From an uncultured Gammaproteobacteria bacterium (lineage in GTDB: Bacteria; Patescibacteriota; Microgenomatia; UBA10105; UBA927): 64,000 nucleotides of DNA. The DNA is taken from positions 66,068 through 130,067 of the forward strand of contig CAZKLT010000002.1 in NCBI GenBank assembly GCA_964553825.1, read 5' to 3'. Of this stretch, positions 9,713-18,592 are shown piece by piece; within the stretch, counting starts at the first letter, position 1, and each line of letters starts with the position of its first letter. The position numbers and the translations under genes were made by a program. Under the pieces are notes generated by a model. That model saw nothing but the letters and a program-made list of their open reading frames with translations, was not told the origin of the DNA and did not search any database.

Positions 9713-10363
9713 TTATTTATCGCATAATCGGAACGATAACTGAATAATTCTAGGTACTATGGGAGTTCCGCGGGCGCTATACGAAAACTGCTGAGGACTC
9801 GGCGATTCAATGGAAACGATATCGCCCACACAAAAAAGCTCGGTGTACCGATTGTCCCTGATGGTTGAGACAAAATCCCGCTCGCCAATGGAGTCGGCAA
9901 CGCCATAATTATCCAACTTCGGCACCACAGCCATGGATCCGTCCAAGTCTGGGTCAAATCGAACCGATACCGGCCTGCCTAAATAGGAACTCAGAGTCAA
10001 AAGATGGCTTTGCGGATTCCATGTGGAGACCATGCCGTAGATCGTATAGCCTTGGATTGTTCCATCTTTCTTAAACGACGGGACCACGCGAGGGGGGCGA
10101 AAAACATACTTATCACCGTTCCCATACAGCCGGTTGAGCGCCATCATGGACGATGATCGTGCGATAAACGCCTGATTCTGCCTTTCGTCGAATTTCTTAC
10201 GATATGCCTCAACAGATTGAGTCGCTACGAGTGCAGACCGATACAGTACAGAAACGCCCAAAACCATCAAGCTGGCAAACACAATAATTCCCAATACTAT
10301 CCACGCTATTTTCTTCACACTTCTACTATACACCACGTGCCGAAGGAAAAAGCAATACACCAT
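9713..10363 (-). CDS. Hypothetical membrane-anchored protein (single N-terminal TM)
   Basis: 216-aa ORF. TM segment IAWIVLGIIVFASLMVLGVSVLY, then a soluble domain with no recognisable motifs. Operonic with the flanking genes (3-bp and 23-bp gaps). Confidence 0.35.
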   Translation of the reverse strand: MVYCFFLRHVVYSRSVKKIAWIVLGIIVFASLMVLGVSVLYRSALVATQSVEAYRKKFDERQNQAFIARSSSMMALNRLYGNGDKYVFRPPRVVPSFKKDGTIQGYTIYGMVSTWNPQSHLLTLSSYLGRPVSVRFDPDLDGSMAVVPKLDNYGVADSIGERDFVSTIRDNRYTELFCVGDIVSIESPSPQQFSYSARGTPIVPRIIQLSFRLCDK

Positions 10364-10385
10364 GTTGAGACTCTTTGAAGGGAGG

Positions 10386-12317
10386 TTACCGACCCTGAAT
10401 GTTGGTAGCGATGACTACCTGTCCTGAACCAAGATTATCAATGAGCCATTGTGCCATACGCTCGCCATCCGGTGATGATGCCAACAACGCTTTCCATAAC
10501 GACGTTTGATCCGATGTAGATAGAGTTATAAGTGTTACTTTTGTTGAAAATACTGTTTTTCCTATCTCCTGGAGATACCTTAATTGTGCGTCGCGAAATT
10601 CTTCCAGTCGTGGTTCGTGGGCGCTTACGACAACGACGCGCACGTTCTTTCCGTCCTCACCCTGCACGATGGCTTCCCAGAATACCATGTGAACGATTCC
10701 CTCTGGCGTCTGCATGCTCCCTATATAGCGGGTCGTGAGGTTTTCGGGCGTCCCGTACATGGCGACGCTGACACCATTGGCGCCTTTGTTCACCGTAAAA
10801 GTAACGGGTGTTACAGAATCAATATTCGCCGTTAACTTCGGATCGGCAAGTATTTTTTGCTCAAGGAAGGGAACCTGTTCCGCGCTCATTTCCGGAAAAC
10901 TATTCCACCCGATTGACGTAAAGCTCTCTGTTGTTACCGCTTTTCCGACCGGTACTGCTGCAATAACCTCAGCGATCTTCTCCCACGTCCTGGTAAGCGT
11001 GTTGAACCATTCGGAATAGTATTGCTTTCCGTTGATCGTCACTGGGCTTCGTAAGGCTATAACAAATCCATTCACGAGGACTGCTTTCGCATCTTTCGTG
11101 TTTTCAACCTCACGAAGCACTATCCCATCACCCGGATGAATTCCCTGCTCATCGACTTTCAAGATTGTAGGATAGGTCGTTTGTGCACCTTCACCGTCTT
11201 CAGACCATAAGATATTCCCGGTGGCAACTCTGCGAAGCACCATATTCCAGGAATTTCCGTCAAACAGATACTCAATGACCACTTCCGTCCTTGCATATCC
11301 GCTTGCTTCTGCAAGTGCATATGCGGCATTTTCATATACCACAAGCTTCGCCTCGGGAACGCCAGCCTTGGTAATAATTTCGTTTCGTCCGCTTCCCCCG
11401 GAGCCCGGGAGGTATTCAGCCCCACTCATGGACGGGGGACCATATACGGCGGCTGTAGGCGCCGCTTCTGTTGAAAATGGCGCAGGAGTAGGCCCAACTG
11501 TTGATTCTACAGTAGGCTCTGGGCCTCCTGCTCCCGCATCTGCTGTTGGTGTAAACACTTCACCAGCAGGCGTGGAAGTGCCGACAGGTTGTTCATCATC
11601 TCCTGCAGTATACCCAGGCAAACATGAAGCTAACCAGGTCGCCAGTAAGCCAACAGTTACAACAGCCCTGATCACTTTGCGACGATAAGACGCCCGTGAA
11701 GAAACTTTCGCTGTTTTCGGAGCGGTCTTTGTGACCACATCGGTCTCAGGCTCAATCACTTCAAGCGCCCCAACTTCAACACGATTTTCTGATTCCCGCG
11801 CAAGCACCTGCTCTCGTTCGAACCTGCGTGTGCTTTCCAACCATTCTTGCCACGCCTCTTTATGCCGTTCAAGAGCCTCTTTCGGATCTTGGTTTCCCGC
11901 GAGTCGAAAGGCGTCATCTTTTGATAGGGTACCCGCTTCGGCAAACCGCTGAATGGCGTTTAATCGGACACTCTGGATGGCAAATTCCCTTGCCTGAAGC
12001 TGCGGGATAAATGCATGCTCCCCATTGCGCTTATGTCGCAATTCCAAACTCGGCACGATAACATCGACAGTTCCACCCGCTGTTAATGCGCCAAGAGCGA
12101 TCTTTTCGGTCATCTCGTAGACTCTGTACGGAGAATAGGGGGCGCCGTCAGGCTTGTCATAGAAGTACCCATGATCCCGCGCAAGCCGGTGAACCTTCAC
12201 CTCAAACTTTTCCAATACGATCTGAGTTAATTCAGCGTTAAGGTCAAAAACCTGAATGTCTCCGAGACGCTGCTCGGCACCTTCATTTGTTTCACGAGTT
12301 TCCAGCATACCTGGCAT
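10386..12317 (-). CDS. Hypothetical bitopic membrane protein: cytoplasmic N-domain of about 210 aa, TM, Pro/Thr/Ala-rich linker, large extracytoplasmic domain
   Basis: 643 aa. TM segment VIRAVVTVGLLATWLASCL, a low-complexity linker (PTADAGAGGPEPTVESTVGPTPAPFSTEAAPTAA), and no recognised catalytic motif. Confidence 0.4.
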   Translation of the reverse strand: MPGMLETRETNEGAEQRLGDIQVFDLNAELTQIVLEKFEVKVHRLARDHGYFYDKPDGAPYSPYRVYEMTEKIALGALTAGGTVDVIVPSLELRHKRNGEHAFIPQLQAREFAIQSVRLNAIQRFAEAGTLSKDDAFRLAGNQDPKEALERHKEAWQEWLESTRRFEREQVLARESENRVEVGALEVIEPETDVVTKTAPKTAKVSSRASYRRKVIRAVVTVGLLATWLASCLPGYTAGDDEQPVGTSTPAGEVFTPTADAGAGGPEPTVESTVGPTPAPFSTEAAPTAAVYGPPSMSGAEYLPGSGGSGRNEIITKAGVPEAKLVVYENAAYALAEASGYARTEVVIEYLFDGNSWNMVLRRVATGNILWSEDGEGAQTTYPTILKVDEQGIHPGDGIVLREVENTKDAKAVLVNGFVIALRSPVTINGKQYYSEWFNTLTRTWEKIAEVIAAVPVGKAVTTESFTSIGWNSFPEMSAEQVPFLEQKILADPKLTANIDSVTPVTFTVNKGANGVSVAMYGTPENLTTRYIGSMQTPEGIVHMVFWEAIVQGEDGKNVRVVVVSAHEPRLEEFRDAQLRYLQEIGKTVFSTKVTLITLSTSDQTSLWKALLASSPDGERMAQWLIDNLGSGQVVIATNIQGR

Positions 12318-12374
12318 ACAAACCTATAGTATCAACTACTATACGGCTTGTCAATTCTATGCACCTCTTTCGTA

Positions 12375-12995
12375 TCATCCTCGTAGACCGCTTGTCAATG
12401 ATGTGAACACCTCACGCAGTAAGAGACGACAAAGAAACTTAATAGTCCTCAGAGCCAGACGCATATCATAATTCCAGCTTTTCTTTTTTATATAGGCGAT
12501 ATCGCTTTTCATCCATGCATCGAACGCCTGTGTATGGTAGCCGTTTACCACCCAGGGGGAGATAATTCCCGGCCGTATCGTATGCCTTTTGCGCTGCCAC
12601 GCGGTCAGCTTTGCTGCTTCCGAAACTGGCAACGGGCGTGGTCCAAACAGCGCCATGTCACCGTGCAATACATTAAAAAGCTGCGGCAACTCATCCAGCC
12701 CTGTATGCGCCAGAAACTTGCCCACACCCGTAAATCGCGGGTCATTGAGCATTTTAAACACCGGACCGTGCGCTTCGTTCTTCTTCCTCAACGCTGCCTG
12801 CTCTTGTTCGGCATTGCGGCGCATCGTGCGAAATTTGTAGAGAAAAAACGGCTTTCCGTTCATACCTATACGCTTCTGCGAGAAAAAAACCGGAAAGCCG
12901 CTCGTAAGCACGATAACCAGACCGATACCGATCTGCATCGGCAAGGAGATGATCACTAACGCCAAAACAAATAGAATAGCAACCGCGTCTTTCAT
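12375..12995 (-). CDS. Polyprenyl-phosphate sugar-1-phosphate transferase (Bac_transf family, WbaP/WcaJ C-terminal-domain type). Initiating glycosyltransferase.
   Basis: 206 aa. N-terminal TM, then conserved motifs SQKRIG.NGKPF..YKFRTM and DELPQLFNVLHGDMALFGPRP. Confidence 0.8.
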   Translation of the reverse strand: MKDAVAILFVLALVIISLPMQIGIGLVIVLTSGFPVFFSQKRIGMNGKPFFLYKFRTMRRNAEQEQAALRKKNEAHGPVFKMLNDPRFTGVGKFLAHTGLDELPQLFNVLHGDMALFGPRPLPVSEAAKLTAWQRKRHTIRPGIISPWVVNGYHTQAFDAWMKSDIAYIKKKSWNYDMRLALRTIKFLCRLLLREVFTSLTSGLRG

Positions 12996-13004
12996 AGTAT
13001 CAAT

Positions 13005-13832
13005 ATGCCCTTGCTACACGCTATCCTCCATGCAACCCTCTATGTCGTAGAGTATAATACGCCCATGCAAACCGATGTACGCCACTTTATAGAATTACTG
13101 TGGGCCATGACGGAAAAAGAGCTTCGTGCAAGGTATAAGAATACCATATTCGGTTTCGTATGGCTGATCGTCAATCCGCTTTTGCAAATGCTTGTCATCG
13201 GCTTCATCTTTAACTTCTTTATGAATGAGCCTATCAAAAATTACTTCTTTCATCTGTTTATCGGGCTTCTTTCGTGGAATTTCTTTTCTACATCCATCAC
13301 GAAAGCCACGCCATCGGTCGTCTTTGAGCGTGGACTTATCAAAAAAGCCGCATTTCCAGTCGCGGTCATCCCGCTTTCAATCATTCTGTCCAATATTATC
13401 CATTTTGCCATTGCCTTCGGCATGCTGCTCGTACCCGTGTTCTTCCTCGGGACAATGACCATGCTCACCATACCGCTCACCATCGCGGCGTTGCTTACGC
13501 TCTTTATGTTTACCATCGGCCTTAGCCTTATGACGTGTGCGCTAAACGTACGTTATCGGGACGTGAATTTTTTCATCCAGGCGCTGCTTATTATCTGGTT
13601 TTACGCTACCCCCATCGTCTATTCACTTTCTCAAATACCTCCAGGTACTCAGTGGTTATGGAACTTTAACCCGTTTACCACCATCATTCAGCTTTTACAG
13701 CACGCACTCATCCTGGCAGCGCCACCCGCCATAGGCGCGCTACTGACGAATATTGCCATCGTTATGGCGACGTTTTTCCTTGGCATATATGTATTTAATA
13801 AGGAAGCCAAAAATTTCGACGACTGGGTATGA
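13005..13832 (+). CDS. ABC-2 type polysaccharide/teichoic-acid exporter permease (Wzm/TagG-like)
   Basis: 275 aa with 6 TM helices and an ABC-2 family topology. Its stop overlaps the start of the downstream ATPase (ATGA coupling). Confidence 0.75.
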   Translation: MPLLHAILHATLYVVEYNTPMQTDVRHFIELLWAMTEKELRARYKNTIFGFVWLIVNPLLQMLVIGFIFNFFMNEPIKNYFFHLFIGLLSWNFFSTSITKATPSVVFERGLIKKAAFPVAVIPLSIILSNIIHFAIAFGMLLVPVFFLGTMTMLTIPLTIAALLTLFMFTIGLSLMTCALNVRYRDVNFFIQALLIIWFYATPIVYSLSQIPPGTQWLWNFNPFTTIIQLLQHALILAAPPAIGALLTNIAIVMATFFLGIYVFNKEAKNFDDWV

Positions 13833-14584
13833 AAAAAAATAAAGAGATAGCCATACAGCTTTCCAACATCAGCAAACGCTATGAAATTCACCATGACAAG
13901 CCGACACTGGCTGAAACGTTGCTTCATGGGCGCAACGAACTGTTCTGGGCGCTAAGAGACATTAACCTCTCCATACGCAAGGGTGAACGCGTCGGCATCA
14001 TCGGTCCCAATGGTTCCGGAAAAACAACATTGCTGAAAATCATATCAGGCATTGCAACACCCACAACCGGCACAGTGCAGACAACGGGCCGCCTGGTATC
14101 TCTTATCAACCTTGAAGCTGGTTTTCTCCCAGAATTAAGCGGCATTCAGAATATTTATCTCAATGGTATGATTCTTAACATGAGTAAACGGGAAATCGAT
14201 GCGAAAATAGATGCGATCGTCAAATATGCCGACATCGGCAGATTCGTGGACGCACCCATGTTCACCTATTCAGACGGCATGAAGCTAAAACTGGGCTTCT
14301 CCATCACGATTCATACTAACCCCGACATTCTTATATTGGATGAAAGCATGTATGTCGGAGACCAGAAATTTCAGGATAAGGCGCTGCGAACTATCGAGAA
14401 GTTTTACAAAATGCACACAACGATTCTTATCGTGACACATTGGCTTTCCTATGTGAAAAATAATTGCGACCGCATCATTGTGCTCGAGAAAGGACGAATC
14501 GCCAAAAACGGATCCAAAAAACTCGTCGATAACTTTTACCGATCTATGCAGGGGAAAAATCTTGAGTATACAGCGCCACTGTAA
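13829..14584 (+). CDS. ABC transporter ATP-binding protein (Wzt/TagH-like, short form)
   Basis: Walker A GPNGSGKTT, signature YSDGMKLKLGF, Walker B ILILDES. Confidence 0.8.
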   Translation: MKKNKEIAIQLSNISKRYEIHHDKPTLAETLLHGRNELFWALRDINLSIRKGERVGIIGPNGSGKTTLLKIISGIATPTTGTVQTTGRLVSLINLEAGFLPELSGIQNIYLNGMILNMSKREIDAKIDAIVKYADIGRFVDAPMFTYSDGMKLKLGFSITIHTNPDILILDESMYVGDQKFQDKALRTIEKFYKMHTTILIVTHWLSYVKNNCDRIIVLEKGRIAKNGSKKLVDNFYRSMQGKNLEYTAPL

Positions 14585-14600
14585 CCTAACGCACTCAGCC

Positions 14601-15479
14601 ATGAACTCGTCTTTCGTTCGACAATCCCATGCCCCAAAAAACTGGTGGAAAAAAGAGTTCGGCAGTTCCTACTATACCCTGTACAATCCCGTCCTAAACC
14701 CGCAGCGCACCAAACAGGAAGTATCATTTATCATTCGCGCGACGGGCCTTGCTCGTCCGACGCGCATTCTAGACGTTGGTTGCGGACATGGCAGGCACGC
14801 CATAGGACTCGCGAAGATGGGACATGACGTTATCGGCATCGATTATTCGACGTATTTTCTTAAAATTGCCCGAACGGAAGCAAAAAAACAGCAGGCCACC
14901 GCTACATTTATCCGTCAGGATATTCGCAGCATGAATTTTTCAGACGAATTTGATGTCGCGCTTTCTATGTATTCTGCTTTTGGATACTTCTCGTTGCGCG
15001 AAAATCTTACGGTCCTTCGCCGGATCCATTCGGCACTCAAGCCGGGCGGAAAATTTCTTCTGGATGTCATCAATGCCGAATGCCATGTCAAACACATCAC
15101 GTCGGCAGGGAAAAAAGTGAAAAAAGGTATTTATCAATTTTCCCAAAACAACGAAATAAACGGCTACAGTGTTCAGGATACCAATATTTATTTCACCAAA
15201 ACGCAGTTGGATTCCTATCATAGGCGTTGGCGAAAAGGAACAAAAACAGGGTCCTATAATTACTATATGTACCAATACACCGTGCCACAGTATCGCGACA
15301 TGCTTAGGCTGACAGGATTTGAAATGCTTAACATTTGGGGAGACTATCAAGGCGCACGATGGAGCCCAAGCAGCTGGCGCACCATTATCCTGTGCTACAA
15401 GCCTCGCAGCGGTGTCTTCGACAAAAACAAAATCGCGCAGTGGATTCAATTACGATTGTTACGCCGATGGCCGGATTGA
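14601..15479 (+). CDS. Class I SAM-dependent methyltransferase
   Basis: Motif I ILDVGCGHGRHA plus post-I acidic GIDYS. The ORF-track ORF 14478..15479 overlaps the ABC ATPase. The first non-overlapping Met (MNSSFVRQ) at 14601 was chosen as the start. Confidence 0.7.
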   Translation: MNSSFVRQSHAPKNWWKKEFGSSYYTLYNPVLNPQRTKQEVSFIIRATGLARPTRILDVGCGHGRHAIGLAKMGHDVIGIDYSTYFLKIARTEAKKQQATATFIRQDIRSMNFSDEFDVALSMYSAFGYFSLRENLTVLRRIHSALKPGGKFLLDVINAECHVKHITSAGKKVKKGIYQFSQNNEINGYSVQDTNIYFTKTQLDSYHRRWRKGTKTGSYNYYMYQYTVPQYRDMLRLTGFEMLNIWGDYQGARWSPSSWRTIILCYKPRSGVFDKNKIAQWIQLRLLRRWPD

Positions 15480-15480
15480 T

Positions 15481-16233
15481 ATGACACGTAATTCTGTGAA
15501 AGCTGTACTGCTTTTGGCGGGGGATGGGGGACGGCTTAGGCCGTATACTGCTACTCGACACAAAAGTCTCATCCCGATTGCAGGCAAACCAATTCTCTGG
15601 TATTCGATGATGAATCTCATCCAACTTGGAATCTCAGAGTATATTCTTGTGCTCGGACACCAGGCAGAAAGCGTCAAATCGTATATACAAACGACATTCC
15701 CGAATAGTATGTGCACATATGTCATAAACGACAGATATCGCGAAACGAATGTTGTGTACTCATTTTATCTCGCGTGCACGCATCTTCAAAACTCAGGATT
15801 TCTTCGCGTTGAAGGGGACCTTCTGTATAATAGAGCGATTGCGCGGCGACTTTTGGATTCGGGAAAACAACTTGTGTCAGCCGTTGAGCCGAGAGACAGA
15901 CGATCGGCGGAAGAATTCTGCGTGCAGGTGGACAAAGCGTCACATACGATACTTCGGTATGGGAAAAATCTCCCCAATCGGTCTGTGTATGGTATAGCCC
16001 AGGGGATAGATTTCGTTTCCCAGAAGGCCGCATGGTCAGTGTCGCAGGAGCTAGCGCGGATTGTCGAGGAGGGAAATCTGGATCAATACGCCGAATACGC
16101 ATTCGAGCGACTCTCTCAGCGCAGCGTCTATCACCCTTCGTACTGCGATATACAGGCGAGCGATTTTTGGTGTGACATAGACACCGCTGAGGATATCCTA
16201 TATGCGACAAAACATATTGACAAGCTTACCTAA
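15481..16233 (+). CDS. Sugar/alcohol-phosphate nucleotidyltransferase, LicC-like cytidylyltransferase family (NTP_transferase fold)
   Basis: AVLLLAGDGGRLRPYTATRHKSLIPIAGKPILWY matches the G-rich NTP_transferase N-terminal motif. It is about 250 aa, the same size and pattern as LicC/TarI-type CTP transferases. The internal Met at 15481 was chosen because the upstream part of the listed ORF (15319..) overlaps the methyltransferase. Confidence 0.65.
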   Translation: MTRNSVKAVLLLAGDGGRLRPYTATRHKSLIPIAGKPILWYSMMNLIQLGISEYILVLGHQAESVKSYIQTTFPNSMCTYVINDRYRETNVVYSFYLACTHLQNSGFLRVEGDLLYNRAIARRLLDSGKQLVSAVEPRDRRSAEEFCVQVDKASHTILRYGKNLPNRSVYGIAQGIDFVSQKAAWSVSQELARIVEEGNLDQYAEYAFERLSQRSVYHPSYCDIQASDFWCDIDTAEDILYATKHIDKLT

Positions 16234-17548
16234 AACATTCACGAGTCAAAAAACGGCAATACCATGTTTTATTATGGCCATTGATTCTTCCGTCGGATCT
16301 GGTCGGAATATGGATGCGTACTACGAGAATCTTTCAAATTCCCAGCTGATTATTCCTGTGATGGTATACTCTCGAGGCGAAAGCTACGAGACGGCCCCGG
16401 CGTGGATACAAAACAAAGTCTTATTGGACATGCCCTATGCGACCCATCCCATTGACCTATGCAGGCACAGCCACTGCAAAATTCCTATACACGCGCATAT
16501 AACCCATGACCAATGGATGCGGCAATTTGCAAAATCCGTGCCCATGGTGCGCGCCACAACCTCTGTCGCGCCCATATGGCTCCTGGATATGGTCCTGCCA
16601 ATTATCGAGGCTCCCATGAAGCGTCATATCGTGCAAGTGTTTCACGGTGAACTCTTTCCAATCGGACCGCTTCCGTATATCCGTCCTGAGCACATCGATT
16701 CGATCCTTTCCTACGACCGGCTGCTACTTTCTGGACAGGTCATTGAAGATGCCTTGATGGCATCAGGTGTCATTGATCCTGAAGATACGCGAATCAGAAG
16801 AATCGGCCGCGTGCTTGACGATACGCTCTACAATGGAACGATCAAAAAACAAACGGTGCTTCGGGAGTTTGGCTTGGATCCAAAGCGCAAAACGCTTCTA
16901 TACGCCCCGACGTGGGAATCATTAAAGCTGTGGCCTATGGGAACACGCGCAGATGACGCGCGGTATCTGCGCCGGTTCTGCTCATTTGCGCAGAAACAGA
17001 ACCTAAACGTAATCCTTCGTCCGCATCCAATATCCATTATCCAGTATGGCGTACAACCGCTGATTGCGCGGAGTACAAAACTCTACCGGAACGTATATTT
17101 CGACAATGCCCGACTCTCCTCATACTACGGCCCAAATAAAGCACTAATCGCAGCAGACATCCTGATTACGGACTTATCAAGCATATCTGCTGAATTTTTG
17201 TCATTGGGAAAACCGGTCGTGTACCTGTATCCGGATAGATCTGTTGGCATCTGGGGCGAGGGATTTCCTTCTATCGCAGCGGTTCGGAAGCTCTCCTATA
17301 CCGTGCAGGGAATTTCGGAATTACTATCCGTGCTCACGCGTCTGCTCTCAAAAGAAGAGGATTCCCGAATCATAAAAAAACGCGCTCAGACAGCGGCGTA
17401 TTTTCTGGACCATCGAGACGGATCTTCCGGACGGCGGTTTCGTCAGGAAATGGAACAGCTTGCCCGGGAGCGCACAACAACGGAGTCTCGCATGTTTCTC
17501 CGGTTGTATCGTACTGTTATTCGTCGATTTTCCCGTAAAGATCGCTAG
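16202..17548 (+). CDS. CDP-glycerol/alditol-phosphate glycerophosphotransferase family protein (TagB/TagF-like, Glyphos_transf)
   Basis: C-terminal ILITDLSSISAEFLSLGKPVVYLYPD matches the TagF 'ITDYSS...KP' signature, with a preceding Rossmann-like region. The true start is probably an internal Met (MAIDSS at 16274 or MDAYYEN at 16310), since the ORF as listed overlaps the upstream gene by 32 nt. Confidence 0.65.
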   Translation: MRQNILTSLPKTFTSQKTAIPCFIMAIDSSVGSGRNMDAYYENLSNSQLIIPVMVYSRGESYETAPAWIQNKVLLDMPYATHPIDLCRHSHCKIPIHAHITHDQWMRQFAKSVPMVRATTSVAPIWLLDMVLPIIEAPMKRHIVQVFHGELFPIGPLPYIRPEHIDSILSYDRLLLSGQVIEDALMASGVIDPEDTRIRRIGRVLDDTLYNGTIKKQTVLREFGLDPKRKTLLYAPTWESLKLWPMGTRADDARYLRRFCSFAQKQNLNVILRPHPISIIQYGVQPLIARSTKLYRNVYFDNARLSSYYGPNKALIAADILITDLSSISAEFLSLGKPVVYLYPDRSVGIWGEGFPSIAAVRKLSYTVQGISELLSVLTRLLSKEEDSRIIKKRAQTAAYFLDHRDGSSGRRFRQEMEQLARERTTTESRMFLRLYRTVIRRFSRKDR

Positions 17549-17566
17549 CATCTCATTTCGCTCCGC

Positions 17567-18592
17567 ATGGAAACCATGAGGTATAATACCTATTCAGCGC
17601 GAGGAAACATGAACTATCGTACGCTCGGCAAAACAGGATATACCGTATCAGAGATCGGGTACGGAAGCTGGTCATTGGGATCCGACTGGGGGACAGTCAC
17701 GGATGACGACGCACTGCGCGTGCTGGCCAGTCTTCCTGCCGAAGGCATCAACTTTATAGACACGGCGGACATCTATGGCGACGGGAGAAGTGAGCGACTC
17801 ATCGCCCAACATAGGCAAATAACCGGACATCATGCGATCATCGCGACAAAAATCGGCAGGCGTCTTTCCCCGCATGCGGCAGAGGGATATACTGAGAAAA
17901 ACATACGTACCTTCGTTGAAAGAAGTCTTCAGAATCTCAAAACATCGTGTATAGACCTTTTGCAGCTTCATACGCCACCTTCACAGGTGTACTATATGCC
18001 AGACGTGTTTATGTATTTGGATCGTCTCGTGAAACACGGGAAAATTCGCCACTATGGCGTCAGCGTCGAAAAGGTTGAGGAGGGACTAAAGGCAATAGAG
18101 TATCCCGGCGTCGCGACAATCCAGATAATCTTTAACATCGTGCGCCAGCGCCCGATGGAACATCTGCTGAATGAAGCGCATCGCCGTAACGTCGGTGTTA
18201 TTGTACGCGTTCCGCTCGCAAGTGGATTACTTACCGGTAAATACAACATCTTTTCCCGGTTCCCGCGTAATGACCACCGGTCGTTCAACAGGCATGGCGA
18301 GATTTTTGATCGCGGTGAAACATTTGCTGGGGTAAATTTTCTTTCCGGCCTTCGGATTGTAAAAGCGCTACGGGGAGTAAAGCCACCATCGTATACCATG
18401 GCTCAATTTGCATTACGATGGATTCTTATGCATCCCGCCGTATCGACAGTGATCGTCGGAGGAAAAACACCTGCGCAAGTCCATGAAAACGCCCAGGCAA
18501 GCGGCATGCCAAGGCTTACCAAGAGAACCATGCAGCAGGTAAGTGCGCTATATGCAAAATTCGTTAAGCCTCAGGTGCATGATCGCTGGTAG
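17567..18592 (+). CDS. Aldo/keto reductase family oxidoreductase
   Basis: YRTLGKTGYTVSEIGYGSWSLG ... IDTADIYG ... HYGVS are AKR signatures. The start may be the internal MNYRTLG at 17609. Confidence 0.8.
   Translation: METMRYNTYSARGNMNYRTLGKTGYTVSEIGYGSWSLGSDWGTVTDDDALRVLASLPAEGINFIDTADIYGDGRSERLIAQHRQITGHHAIIATKIGRRLSPHAAEGYTEKNIRTFVERSLQNLKTSCIDLLQLHTPPSQVYYMPDVFMYLDRLVKHGKIRHYGVSVEKVEEGLKAIEYPGVATIQIIFNIVRQRPMEHLLNEAHRRNVGVIVRVPLASGLLTGKYNIFSRFPRNDHRSFNRHGEIFDRGETFAGVNFLSGLRIVKALRGVKPPSYTMAQFALRWILMHPAVSTVIVGGKTPAQVHENAQASGMPRLTKRTMQQVSALYAKFVKPQVHDRW

Noticed and set aside
11221-11688. 155-aa plus-strand ORF inside 10386..12317
   Set aside because: Antisense to the Pro/Thr/Ala-rich linker region. 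It is a low-complexity mirror frame.
15319-15480. Upstream extension of the nucleotidyltransferase ORF (listed start 15319) and of the methyltransferase ORF (listed start 14478)
   Set aside because: The extensions overlap the preceding genes in another frame by 100-160 nt. Internal Met codons positioned 1-17 nt after the upstream stop give canonical-length proteins.
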